From: Deltaproteobacteria bacterium
GTDB taxonomy: Bacteria > Desulfobacterota > GWC2-55-46 > DRQE01
DNA: 53,523 nt
Direction: 5' to 3'
Assembly (NCBI GenBank): GCA_016219105.1
Contig: JACRCI010000032.1
Location: 1-53,523, forward strand
The notes under the pieces were generated by a model, which ran no database searches, was not told where the DNA came from, and saw nothing but the letters and a program-made list of their open reading frames with translations. Below, one piece after another: positions 17,370 to 26,346 of the stretch. Each line of letters opens with the position of its first letter. The first letter of the stretch is position 1. The translations under genes and the position numbers were made by a program.

Positions 17370-18503
17370 TCACCGGAGGAAAAAAGCGCCTGTTGCGGAA
17401 ACGACCTCATGCACAGAGGCCCTGTCAAGCCCTACCCATAAGGGTAGTCTTATCACCCTTTCGCTCGCTGAGCGTGTAACGGCGAGGTCCCCGGCGGCCT
17501 TGCCGTATTTAAGGCCCGCCGGCGAGGAGTGGAGCGGGACGTAATGGAATATCGCGCCTATGCCGGCCCTTTTAAGGCTTTCGAGGAGCGCCGGCCGTTT
17601 CGCGGCGTCCGACAGCATGACATAATACATGTGCGCGTTGTGGCAGCAGTCGCCGGGTGTGACCGGCCGCTTGAGAAACCCTTTTTTCTCAAGCTCCTGA
17701 TACTCTTCGTGATACCAGTTCCATACCTCAAGCCGCCTTTTCGTTATACCCCCGGCCTCCTCCATCTGCGCCCACAGGAATGCCGCGAGTATATCGCTCG
17801 GCAGGAACGAGGAGCCTATGTCGAGCCATGTGTATTTATCGGCCTGGCCGCGGAAGACCTGGGCGCGGTTTGTCCCTTTTTCCCTTATGATCTCGGCCCT
17901 CTCCATGAACCTTTCGTCGTTTATGAGGAGAGCGCCTCCCTCGCCGCATATCACGTTTTTCGTCTCGTGGAAGCTCAAGGCCGCCATGTGGCCGAAACTC
18001 CCGAGCGGCCGGCCCTTGTATGAAGACATAACGCCCTGCGCCGCGTCCTCTATGACTATCAGATTATGCCTGCTGGCCACGTCCATTATGGCGTCCATCT
18101 CGCAGGCAACGCCCGCGTAATGGACGGGCACTATGGCCTTTGTGCGCGAGCTTACGGCGCGGTTCATCTTCATCTCGTCCATATTCAGGGTATCCGGCCT
18201 TATGTCAACGAAGACCGGGACCCCTCCGCGGAGCACGAACGCGTTGGCCGTGGAGACAAACGTGTAAGACGGCATGATTACCTCGTCTCCCGGCTGTATG
18301 TCCGCGAGGATCGCCGCCATCTCGAGGGCGGCCGTGCAGGAATGCGTCAGAAGGGCCTTTTTGCAGCCCGTCCGCTCCTCAAGCCACTTCTGGCATCTCA
18401 TGGTGAACTGTCCGTCGCCGGAAAGATGCCCGGCGTCTATGGCCTCGGATATGTAGCCGAACTCCTTGCCGGTCGTGTAAGGCTTATTGAAAGGGATCCT
18501 CAT
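17370..18503 (-). CDS. wecE: dTDP-4-amino-4,6-dideoxygalactose transaminase (WecE/DegT family, PLP-dependent)
   Basis: Collinear by eye with recalled E. coli WecE along the whole length (IPFNKP..., GDEVIMPSYTFVSTANAFVLRG, VPVHYAGVACEMD, FHETKN, REKGTNR, DKYTW.DIGSS). Confidence 0.9.
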   Translation of the reverse strand: MRIPFNKPYTTGKEFGYISEAIDAGHLSGDGQFTMRCQKWLEERTGCKKALLTHSCTAALEMAAILADIQPGDEVIMPSYTFVSTANAFVLRGGVPVFVDIRPDTLNMDEMKMNRAVSSRTKAIVPVHYAGVACEMDAIMDVASRHNLIVIEDAAQGVMSSYKGRPLGSFGHMAALSFHETKNVICGEGGALLINDERFMERAEIIREKGTNRAQVFRGQADKYTWLDIGSSFLPSDILAAFLWAQMEEAGGITKRRLEVWNWYHEEYQELEKKGFLKRPVTPGDCCHNAHMYYVMLSDAAKRPALLESLKRAGIGAIFHYVPLHSSPAGLKYGKAAGDLAVTRSASERVIRLPLWVGLDRASVHEVVSATGAFFLR

Positions 18504-20065
18504 GCGCCGCCTCCCGTTGGTAACGCGGGCGTTTCCTTCCTGTGAAGCAAAAAGAAGCCTTCGGGAATATCCGCGTCCCCGGCCGGTTCAAAAGAACTCT
18601 CGAAATATCGCCATAGAAGCCTGTTCGTGTTTTTGAATCTCAGCCCCTCCATGGCGGCGGGCGTTAAGTCCCTGAATATCACCCAGTTTACGTTTTTCTC
18701 CTCGAGGGTCTTTATCATCTCCACCTGCCTTTTTTCCTCGGCCGGGAAAAGAAAATATATTTCCCTCAGCGGCGACTCCCTTCCCAGTATGCAGTAAAAC
18801 GCCGGGAAATACGGGGCGACCAGAATGCCCTCGTCTTTTCCAACGCGCCTTTCCACGGCGTTTTTAACCCCGGCGATGAGGCGCGCGTCCTTTTCCTTGA
18901 TCCAGAGGGCGTCTCCGATTATATCATATTTCACGTATCCCTTTTTCGACCCGAAAAACCTGCCCTGGGGACTCGCCGTGGCGACGGTTATCAGAAAAAG
19001 GAACGCGAAGACGACGTAAGACAGGGCCTTTTTGCGGTTAAGACCAATGGAATACGGAAGCGAAACCAGCATCAGCAGAAACGGCTGGATGCTGAGCGAC
19101 AGATGCCCCCGGTCAGCGCTCGAGAAGGCGTAATGCATGTAAAAAAGCCCGACAAAGGCAGAGGCCGTGAGGAGGGCTCTGCGCCCGGCGTGCTCGCGGC
19201 CCGCCAGCCGTCCTCGACGGCCCGTCAAAAAAAGGCCGGCTGTGGCGGCGATATAACCGAGGGGCATGAGCAGGAAAAGAAGGCCGGTAAAAAACCTCTT
19301 CAGGGATGAGAAACCAACGCTCCACGGCCACGGCACGGGCAACGGTATGGTCATTGCCCCCAGCCTAAGGGTGAAAACCACGCTTTCAAAAAAACTACTG
19401 AAAAAACCGGGGATAATGAGAATCATGACGAGCACCGGCGAATAGCCCACACCGATGCCGCAGACGAAAACGCCCCAGCGTTTTATAAGCCCTGTCCTTT
19501 CGAACTTCAGCCAGACATAGAATATGAGTAGCAGGAACGCAAAGAGCGAGTAGACCCCCATGTTCCTGCCGAAGAACGCGGCAATCCCGACGAATATCCC
19601 GCTCGAAAAATATCTTGAAAGCACGGGCCTCTCCATGAGCCGCACGGCGAAAAAAACGGCCATCATTGCAAGACCGGACTCAAAGTGCTTATAATACGGG
19701 TGCATCCACGAAATGAGCAATACCCCGACAAGCGCGAGCGCCCACCATGATTTAACCACCCTTTTTGCCGCAAGAAGCCCGGCCGCAAGGCTCATCCACT
19801 GAAAGACCGCGAGCGAGGCGCGAAGCCCCATTATACCCCGGCCGAATACGAACGACCACAGCGCGGCCCAGTAATACCTGCCCGGGTCGTAGGAATGGAA
19901 ATCACGTATGGGCACCCTGCCGAGGGCGGTATGTATCGCGCCATACCAGAGGTACCCCTCGTCAACAAGGTCTATGCCGACGTTTCCCTGCCTCCAGAAC
20001 GAAAAGCCGGAAAGGACCGCTGACAGCAGGACGATTTTAATGGTATCAAGCCTGTCTTCCGTCAT
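18500..20065 (-). CDS. polytopic membrane protein, candidate GT-C fold glycosyltransferase (ArnT/PMT-like)
   Basis: 521 aa with about 11 predicted TM segments followed by a soluble C-terminal domain. 4-nt overlap with wecE. Family assignment rests on architecture and context only. Confidence 0.45.
   Translation of the reverse strand: MTEDRLDTIKIVLLSAVLSGFSFWRQGNVGIDLVDEGYLWYGAIHTALGRVPIRDFHSYDPGRYYWAALWSFVFGRGIMGLRASLAVFQWMSLAAGLLAAKRVVKSWWALALVGVLLISWMHPYYKHFESGLAMMAVFFAVRLMERPVLSRYFSSGIFVGIAAFFGRNMGVYSLFAFLLLIFYVWLKFERTGLIKRWGVFVCGIGVGYSPVLVMILIIPGFFSSFFESVVFTLRLGAMTIPLPVPWPWSVGFSSLKRFFTGLLFLLMPLGYIAATAGLFLTGRRGRLAGREHAGRRALLTASAFVGLFYMHYAFSSADRGHLSLSIQPFLLMLVSLPYSIGLNRKKALSYVVFAFLFLITVATASPQGRFFGSKKGYVKYDIIGDALWIKEKDARLIAGVKNAVERRVGKDEGILVAPYFPAFYCILGRESPLREIYFLFPAEEKRQVEMIKTLEEKNVNWVIFRDLTPAAMEGLRFKNTNRLLWRYFESSFEPAGDADIPEGFFLLHRKETPALPTGGGA
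19196..19226. repeat. 21-nt repeat family, about 1 unit inside the GT-C-like gene (encodes GRRGRLAG)
   Basis: The minus strand reads GGGCCGTCGAGGACGGCTGGCGGGCC. Confidence 0.7.
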
Positions 20066-20131
20066 GCCATCTCCCTGATTTTGCGCCCATCTTTGGACCT
20101 TTTCCCCGTCCGTTACAGGGCCAATCCAGGT

Positions 20132-20986
20132 CTATATTTTCTTGGCAATCAGAAGAAGCGACCCGCCCGCGGGAAGGTTTACTCCCAATTTTATCAATCC
20201 CCGCTCAAGGCCGAGTATTTTCTCCAACAGGGCGTTTGTTATGCCCCCGACCCTGAGCTCCCGCGTCATGTCTTCGGACTTCCTCATGCGGGAGAGCATC
20301 ATAAGCGGTAAAAGGAACGAGACAAAAGAGGTCATCCTCTCGACCCTGAACCCCGCGGCCTCGACCTTTGACCTCAATTCCGCGGAGCTGTATCTGCGGG
20401 CATGGCAAGAGCGGTCGTCAACATGGCTCCACAGGCTCATGTGCTGCGGCACGGTGAGTATGACGCCGCCGCCGTGAGAAACGGCCCTGTAAACCGCGGA
20501 TAATACGGCCTCGTCCTCTTTTATGTGTTCGAGCACGTCGAATGCCCCTATGCAGTCGAACTCGTCCTCGAAGGGGATCTTGAGCGCGTCCATCTGAAAC
20601 AGGCTCGCGTTTTTCACGCGCCGCGCGGCAAAGGCAAGTCCGGCCGTGTAGATCTCGCTCCCGTATAATTCAATCCGCGGGAACTCCTTCTCTATCCCGG
20701 AGAGCACGAAACCCGTCCCGCACCCTATCTCAAAAAAATTCCTCGCGCCGGGGAAATAACGCCTCAGCGCCCAGATTATCAGGCGGTTGCGCGAGCGGAA
20801 CCAGAAATTATTGGCCTCGAGCGCATAGAGCTGCTCGAAAAAACCAGCCTCGAAACCGGCCGAGGTTTCAGACATCTCGGGCGAGAAGGCCGGATAACCG
20901 CCGATTGTCTCCGGCTCCGAACGGCACGAGGGGCACTGATAGAGGGGGCTTGCGAACTTCGCTCCACAAACGAGGCAGAGCTTCAT
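20132..20986 (-). CDS. class I SAM-dependent methyltransferase with N-terminal zinc-ribbon
   Basis: CLVCG...CPSC zinc ribbon, then motif I FFEIGCGTGF and DVLEHI post-motif. Confidence 0.8.
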   Translation of the reverse strand: MKLCLVCGAKFASPLYQCPSCRSEPETIGGYPAFSPEMSETSAGFEAGFFEQLYALEANNFWFRSRNRLIIWALRRYFPGARNFFEIGCGTGFVLSGIEKEFPRIELYGSEIYTAGLAFAARRVKNASLFQMDALKIPFEDEFDCIGAFDVLEHIKEDEAVLSAVYRAVSHGGGVILTVPQHMSLWSHVDDRSCHARRYSSAELRSKVEAAGFRVERMTSFVSFLLPLMMLSRMRKSEDMTRELRVGGITNALLEKILGLERGLIKLGVNLPAGGSLLLIAKKI

Positions 20987-21898
20987 TTATCCCTTTTCGA
21001 GGACCGCGAGCCCGAAGCCGGTCCTGCCGTACTCGTTGCCGTTGTAGAGCATGAACCTCCGGCCTTTATGGTCGAATACATGAGGGTATTCTATCATCTC
21101 GGAATCCCACCCGGAGGGAGACACGTCAATCCCGGCATCTTCGTCCTTCCTCGTCCATTCGACGCCGTCGAAGGACTCCGCGTAGCCGATGCGATAGGAT
21201 CCACCGCGGTACGAATACCACATCTTATAAATATCGCCGTCTTTAAGGACACAGGGGCGGGATATGGCGTATTCATCGGGAGATTTGAAATCTATGCAGA
21301 CGGTGCCGTCCCTCCTCCAGTTTATCCCGTCGTCTGATTCGGCATACTTGATATGGTACCGGTGTTGAGGGACACCTTCTACCATTTCCCATTCAATGCA
21401 CGAGAGATACCACATCCTCCATTTTCCGCCCTCAACCATTACGCACGAACTGGCCACGAAACACGGGTCTTCAGTGCTCCTGTCGAGGACAGGGCCGGAT
21501 GAATATTTTTTAAAACCGCATTCCCCTTTTGCGCTGACGGCAAGCCCTATGGAGTTTCTGAACGGCACGGTTACGCCTAAATTCCAGCCGATATAGTAAA
21601 GATAACTTTTGTCCCCGTGGGCAACCATCCATGAGAGCATGGCGCCGCTGTCGTCGAACATCCCGGTCGCCCCGGGGGAGAGCACTGGTTTTTCTGAAAT
21701 GCCTATTATTTTCCACTGGCGGTTTATGTCTATATCGGCATAACCGACAAAAGACCTTCCTGTGGCGTCCCTGGGACTGAAATATACCCTAAAGAGGTCG
21801 TCTTTAATATGCTTTGCAAAAGGGACTGAGGCGTGAGAGACCATCCAGTCGTAATTTTTATCCGGACAGAATATAAGCCCCAGCTTTTTCCACCTCAT
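20987..21898 (-). CDS. beta-propeller protein of glycoside-hydrolase-like fold (GH32/43/130-like), function unknown
   Basis: Repeated W..Y../DG..W blades (WRMWY, KMWYSY, DGINW, DGVEW). The start at 21898 gives an ATGA overlap with the upstream acetyltransferase stop; the tracked 376-aa ORF has a spurious R/G-rich extension. Confidence 0.45.
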   Translation of the reverse strand: MRWKKLGLIFCPDKNYDWMVSHASVPFAKHIKDDLFRVYFSPRDATGRSFVGYADIDINRQWKIIGISEKPVLSPGATGMFDDSGAMLSWMVAHGDKSYLYYIGWNLGVTVPFRNSIGLAVSAKGECGFKKYSSGPVLDRSTEDPCFVASSCVMVEGGKWRMWYLSCIEWEMVEGVPQHRYHIKYAESDDGINWRRDGTVCIDFKSPDEYAISRPCVLKDGDIYKMWYSYRGGSYRIGYAESFDGVEWTRKDEDAGIDVSPSGWDSEMIEYPHVFDHKGRRFMLYNGNEYGRTGFGLAVLEKG

Positions 21899-22557
21899 AT
21901 CTTCCTGAGCCTCGTGCTGGGGACCTTCGAAAGCACCGCCTCGGGGGCCGTGTATACCCCGCCCTCCTGCGTATCCTTGAGTATGAGGGCCCCGGCCCCC
22001 ACGACGCAGTTCTTTGCGATTGTAACGTGGTCCCTTATGGTGGCGTTCACGCCTATAAAACAGTTCTCCCTCACCTTTACGCCGCCGGATATGACGGCGT
22101 GCGAGGCAATAAAGCAATTGTCTCCGATCTCCGAATGATGCCCTATGTGGTTGCCGCTCCAGAGGGTCACGTTGTTCCCTATGGTTACAAAAGGCTGGAT
22201 GGTATTATCCTCGAGGATGAAGCAATTGTCGCCGTGTTTAAGCCCCTGCCACACGGTAGCCTTCGAGCTTACGTAGCTTATGAGTCTGTAACCTTTAGCT
22301 CTGGCCTCGGCGCATTTATCCGCCCTCAGGCCGTTGAGCTTTGCGTAGCTTACGGCAACGAACATGCCGTAACGCTGCGGCGGGTAAAGCCTTTCAACCT
22401 CCTCAAACGCCACAACAGGCAGGGCGCAGAACCTGTCCCTGTCCAGATATGCCCTGTCCGCCGTAAAAGCCGCCGCTCTGTGACCGCTGTCATTGGTCAG
22501 ATAAAAATGCGCGATCTCCGCTATGTCCCCGACCCCGAATATGACGACCTCTTTCAC
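21895..22557 (-). CDS. NeuD/PglD-family sugar N/O-acetyltransferase (left-handed beta-helix)
   Basis: N-terminal Rossmann-like VVIFGVGDIAE, then hexapeptide repeats (IGNNVTLWSGNHIGHHSEIGDNCFIASHAVISGGVKV). Confidence 0.8.
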   Translation of the reverse strand: MKEVVIFGVGDIAEIAHFYLTNDSGHRAAAFTADRAYLDRDRFCALPVVAFEEVERLYPPQRYGMFVAVSYAKLNGLRADKCAEARAKGYRLISYVSSKATVWQGLKHGDNCFILEDNTIQPFVTIGNNVTLWSGNHIGHHSEIGDNCFIASHAVISGGVKVRENCFIGVNATIRDHVTIAKNCVVGAGALILKDTQEGGVYTAPEAVLSKVPSTRLRKI

Positions 22558-22570
22558 GGCGTCCTCCGGC

Positions 22571-23218
22571 CTATTTCCTTACAACCATTGTAAATTCATA
22601 AAGCCCGTAGTCATGAAGAAGGGCGACGCTCTTTGAAAAACGCCTTTTGCAGTAATCGAAAAGATAACACGGGTCCGCGTAATAGAGATAACCCTTCATG
22701 TATTCCCTGTCCGAATATCTGGTCAGGCAGTTGAACGAAAAGCCGAGCCTGCTCACCCTGTCCATGTCCCTTACGGTCTTGAGGATATATCTGAGCCACG
22801 CCGTTTTTGAATGTCCGAGCCTTACGTTGAATATGCCGCTCGCAACCGTGTAATCGGCCACGACGTCCGTCGAGCCGCCGACCCGGAAGCTCGCGTTCGG
22901 CCGTCTGCCGAAGGCCTTTCTGGCCTCTTTTATCATGGCCCCGGACACGTCAAGGCCGTGATAATCAAAAGAAAACCCCTTACCTTTCATGTAGCGGTAA
23001 AGCCCGCCGTACCCGCAGCCGTAATCGTTTATGGAAAAGCGTTTGTTTCTTTCGCAAACCCTGAGCAGCTGCTCGAAGCGCAGTTCCTGCGATTCGGCGC
23101 TGTTCCAGTCAACCCCCCTGAACACGGGACCGTGCTCCTCAACCTTTTTGGTATAGTAGTCCCTTACGGGATCAAGTATCCGGCTACTTCCGCCCGCCAC
23201 TGTCTTTATTCCTCTCAT
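22571..23218 (-). CDS. class I SAM-dependent methyltransferase
   Basis: Motif I INDYGCGYGG. About 215 aa, single domain. Confidence 0.7.
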   Translation of the reverse strand: MRGIKTVAGGSSRILDPVRDYYTKKVEEHGPVFRGVDWNSAESQELRFEQLLRVCERNKRFSINDYGCGYGGLYRYMKGKGFSFDYHGLDVSGAMIKEARKAFGRRPNASFRVGGSTDVVADYTVASGIFNVRLGHSKTAWLRYILKTVRDMDRVSRLGFSFNCLTRYSDREYMKGYLYYADPCYLFDYCKRRFSKSVALLHDYGLYEFTMVVRK

Positions 23219-24125
23219 ACACGGCCCGTATCACCGTATAGGGCCTGTCTTTTGTCTCCATGAATATCTTTGAAAGGTATATGCCTATCACCCCGACGCA
23301 GAATATGGTCAGCCCGCCGAGCATCCATACCGAAACGATGAGGGACGGCCATCCGGCGAGCAGAACCCCGAAAAAGACCCTCCTCACGACAAGGTAAATG
23401 GCGGCCGAGCCGGAAAAGGCGATGATTATGAATCCAAGATAAAAGATGAACACTAAAGGGCGGTTGCTGAACGAGGTTATTGAGTTGACGAGGACTGAGA
23501 GCTTGCGGCCAAACGTATAGGTGGAGGAGCCCTTGTGGAGTTTTTTTATCGCAACCGGCACCTGCCTGTAGCCGGTTATGGCCCACAGGCCCGCGAGGAA
23601 TATCTCCCGGTCCTTATGCTCCACAAGGCTTTTCACGTAACGGCCGGTCATGAGCCTGAGGCACGTGAGATTGGCCGGCACCGGATAATTCGAGAGCATG
23701 TTAAAAAGCCTGTAAAACATATCGCCGGTCATCCGCTCCAAAAGTCCCCCTTTTCTCTTCTCCTGAACTCCGTAGACGACGTCCGCGCCGGTCTTTTTCA
23801 TCTCCTCGTGAAACCGGCCGAGGAGTTCAGGCTCCTCCTCCATATCGCAGTCTATCAGGAATACAATATCGCCTCTTGCGTAGCCAAGGCCCGTCATAAT
23901 GGCCTTGTGGTGGCCGAAGTTGCGCGAAAGGTCCACCACCTTTACCTTCGCGTCTTTTCCGTAAAGACTCAATGCCGTATCGAGGGAGTCGTCCGGCGAG
24001 CCGTCGTTTACGAATATTATTTCATAATCGTCCGTAACCACGTCCGCCGCCTTGATAGCGCGGGCGTAAAACTCCCTCAGATAAGGAGCGGACCGGTACA
24101 TCGTTGTCACTATGGAAAGCTTCAT
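23184..24125 (-). CDS. GT2 polyprenyl-phosphate glycosyltransferase (ArnC/GtrB/Dpm1-like) with two C-terminal TM helices
   Basis: LSIVTTMYRS, VNDGSPDDS and DCDMEE (DxD) motifs, plus two C-terminal hydrophobic segments. Confidence 0.8.
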   Translation of the reverse strand: MKLSIVTTMYRSAPYLREFYARAIKAADVVTDDYEIIFVNDGSPDDSLDTALSLYGKDAKVKVVDLSRNFGHHKAIMTGLGYARGDIVFLIDCDMEEEPELLGRFHEEMKKTGADVVYGVQEKRKGGLLERMTGDMFYRLFNMLSNYPVPANLTCLRLMTGRYVKSLVEHKDREIFLAGLWAITGYRQVPVAIKKLHKGSSTYTFGRKLSVLVNSITSFSNRPLVFIFYLGFIIIAFSGSAAIYLVVRRVFFGVLLAGWPSLIVSVWMLGGLTIFCVGVIGIYLSKIFMETKDRPYTVIRAVYERNKDSGGRK

Positions 24126-24868
24126 GCGGGCCGGAAACTCTTCATGTATTTTGTAGCGTCAGAGCCTTCATTGAATATAAGGTCAACGATGGATACCCCG
24201 TGCTCGAATTCGCCGAAAAGCTGGGTGTACTCGGGATACCCTGCATAATCAATGTAGGAAAGGCCTATACCGGCGTCTTTAAAAAGTCCCGCGTCAATAT
24301 AATCTTTCGCCGAAGGGCCTGAGATATAGTGCGTCGCGTGCGCGGCCCTGCATAGGCCGACCAGACGTTCCGTCCTGCCCTCAACAAGTTCGTAATCCAT
24401 TGACCATGATATCTTTGTCTTTATTCCGAGTATTGCACATACAGCATCCAGAAACCTGAAGTTAACCCTGCTCAGGCATTCTTCGGCGCATTCGAGATAA
24501 AGCGGCTCGAAGATTGCCTCGTATTCCATGAAGTGGCGCGCCCTTGAATAACTGTGCTTGATCGCCGCCCAGTGCCGTCTGCTCCAGCCCGGGTCGCTTA
24601 TCCTCGTTTCGTTTATTTTTTGAAAATATCTGCCTTTGACTTCCACCGGTATGGTGAGCCACTTCAGTCCGTCCGGGGTTTTGATGATGTTCCGGTTCCG
24701 CCAGTCCCTGCGGGTATACTGCACGTCATCGTATAATATGAACTCGTCAACCATATTCATAAGGTCGAAATACCCCTTCCACGGGATGTAGTTCGACTGG
24801 ACGATTGCAATTTTTTTTGTCTTTGTCACGCAATTACCCGCCCCGCACGGGGATGAAAAAATCCGCAA
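24122..24868 (-). CDS. WbqC-family protein (polysaccharide cluster protein of unknown function); start uncertain
   Basis: IAIVQSNYIPWKGYFDLM....FILYDDVQYTRRDWRNRN is the hallmark WbqC N-terminal block. A GTG near 24830 is an alternative start. Confidence 0.75.
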   Translation of the reverse strand: MRIFSSPCGAGNCVTKTKKIAIVQSNYIPWKGYFDLMNMVDEFILYDDVQYTRRDWRNRNIIKTPDGLKWLTIPVEVKGRYFQKINETRISDPGWSRRHWAAIKHSYSRARHFMEYEAIFEPLYLECAEECLSRVNFRFLDAVCAILGIKTKISWSMDYELVEGRTERLVGLCRAAHATHYISGPSAKDYIDAGLFKDAGIGLSYIDYAGYPEYTQLFGEFEHGVSIVDLIFNEGSDATKYMKSFRPA

Positions 24869-24882
24869 GGCAAGGCCCCTCG

Positions 24883-26346
24883 TCAGGCATGAAACCTCAA
24901 AATCTTTCTTGCCGCCACCTCCCCCTCCCTCACGCAGTCGCTTATGCCTATACCGCGGTACGCGCTTCCGGTGAGATACAGGCCGGGGTGTTTCGCGGCC
25001 GTCTCCATGATAGAAGCGACCCTTTCCTCATGGCCCACGGTGTACTGGGGCATGGCCTTTTTCCACCTGAAGATCCTCACCAGGATGGGCTCGGCCTCTA
25101 TGCCCATGATGTCCCTCAGCTCATTTTTTACCATATCGGTCAACTCCCTGTCATTTAAAAAAACGAGCCCTTCGTTCGTCGCGCCGCCCACAAAACACCT
25201 TATCAAAACCGAATCCTCCGGCGCCCTGCCCTCCCACTTCACAGAACTCCACGTTGCGGCCATTATCTTTCTATTCTCCACCTTCGGCACTATGAACCCG
25301 AAACCGTCGAGGGTTTTCTTTATGTCTTTTTTCTTATATCCCAGGGAAACGGTCGCGGTCGAGACATAGGGGATTTTAAGGAGCTGTTGCGAAAGACCGG
25401 GGTCCATGTCCTTTAAAAACCCGGCGGTAATATATGCCGGCGTCGCGATGACGACGCTGTCGGCTTTTATGGCCGTAAATGACGGCTGGTTGGCCGTCGA
25501 GGTCGTCTGGTTAGCCGCTCCGCCCTCCATTACGACCTCGTAGCAGTCATCCTTCTTCACGATACGGGAGACCGTTTCCCCTGTCCTGAAGGAAACGTCC
25601 TTCAAGCTTCCGACAAGCGCGTCAACAAGCTCGACAAGCCCGCCCCTGAGCGTCATGAACATCGTGACTTTTTCACCCGCTCCGCCCCCCGAGGTCTTGC
25701 GCATCGTCTTGATGCGGGCCAGCATCCCTCGTATGAGAGAGCCGTGGTCCCGCTCAAGCTCCACAAAACGCGGGAAGCTCGCCCGTATGCTCATGGTCTC
25801 AGGGTCTCCGGCGTGGACGCCGGCGACGAGCGGCTCCGCTATCTTCTCCAGCGCCTCGCGGCCGAGCCTCCTTCTGACGAAATCCGCGAGGGTCTCATCC
25901 CCGCCTTCCTTCCTCCGCGGGATGAAAAACTCCAACGCCATCCTCATCTTGCCGCGGAAGGTAAGAAGGCTGCTCGTAACGAGCGGGAGCATCCTCGTGG
26001 GCACCATGAGGATAACGCCTTCGGGCAGGAGGTGGAGCCTGCCGCCCGAGAAGACATAGGTCTTGCCCCTCGGTTTGGCCGTGGGCATAAGCCTTTCTCC
26101 CAGCCCGAGCCTCTTGCACAATTCCATGGCCCAGGGCTTCTCGGAGAGGAAACAGTCAGGACCTCCCTCGATAAGGAAGCCGTCTTTCTTCTCGGTTATT
26201 ATATTCCCGCCGGGCCTTTCCCTTTTTTCTATCAGGGTTATCTCGACAGGAGCGTCCCCCTTAAGGCGCATGTGTTCACAAAGGTAATATGCCGTGGAAA
26301 GACCGGCAATGCCGCCGCCTATGATGACGACCCTCTGCCGGTTCAC
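24883..26346 (-). CDS. hemY: FAD-dependent protoporphyrinogen/coproporphyrinogen III oxidase (HemY type)
   Basis: VVIIGGGIAGLSTAYYL dinucleotide-binding motif, about 480 aa amine-oxidase fold, C-terminal GSAYRGIGISDC. Last gene of the hemE-hemH-hemY run. Confidence 0.88.
   Translation of the reverse strand: MNRQRVVIIGGGIAGLSTAYYLCEHMRLKGDAPVEITLIEKRERPGGNIITEKKDGFLIEGGPDCFLSEKPWAMELCKRLGLGERLMPTAKPRGKTYVFSGGRLHLLPEGVILMVPTRMLPLVTSSLLTFRGKMRMALEFFIPRRKEGGDETLADFVRRRLGREALEKIAEPLVAGVHAGDPETMSIRASFPRFVELERDHGSLIRGMLARIKTMRKTSGGGAGEKVTMFMTLRGGLVELVDALVGSLKDVSFRTGETVSRIVKKDDCYEVVMEGGAANQTTSTANQPSFTAIKADSVVIATPAYITAGFLKDMDPGLSQQLLKIPYVSTATVSLGYKKKDIKKTLDGFGFIVPKVENRKIMAATWSSVKWEGRAPEDSVLIRCFVGGATNEGLVFLNDRELTDMVKNELRDIMGIEAEPILVRIFRWKKAMPQYTVGHEERVASIMETAAKHPGLYLTGSAYRGIGISDCVREGEVAARKILRFHA
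25481..25521. repeat. 21-nt repeat family, about 2 units inside hemY (encodes ANQTTST-ANQPSF from the complementary strand of the repeat)
   Basis: The plus strand reads GACGGCTGGTTGGCCGTCGAGGTCGTCTGGTTAGCCGCTCC. Confidence 0.8.

Noticed and set aside
21899-22117. N-terminal extensions of tracked ORFs (also 28316..28423 for hemE, 5791..5859 for Roadblock, 47337..47417, 41183..41251)
   Set aside because: The extensions overlap the upstream gene or a repeat element, are R/G-rich or repeat-derived, and internal ATGs give ATGA-type coupling or alignment with paralogues.
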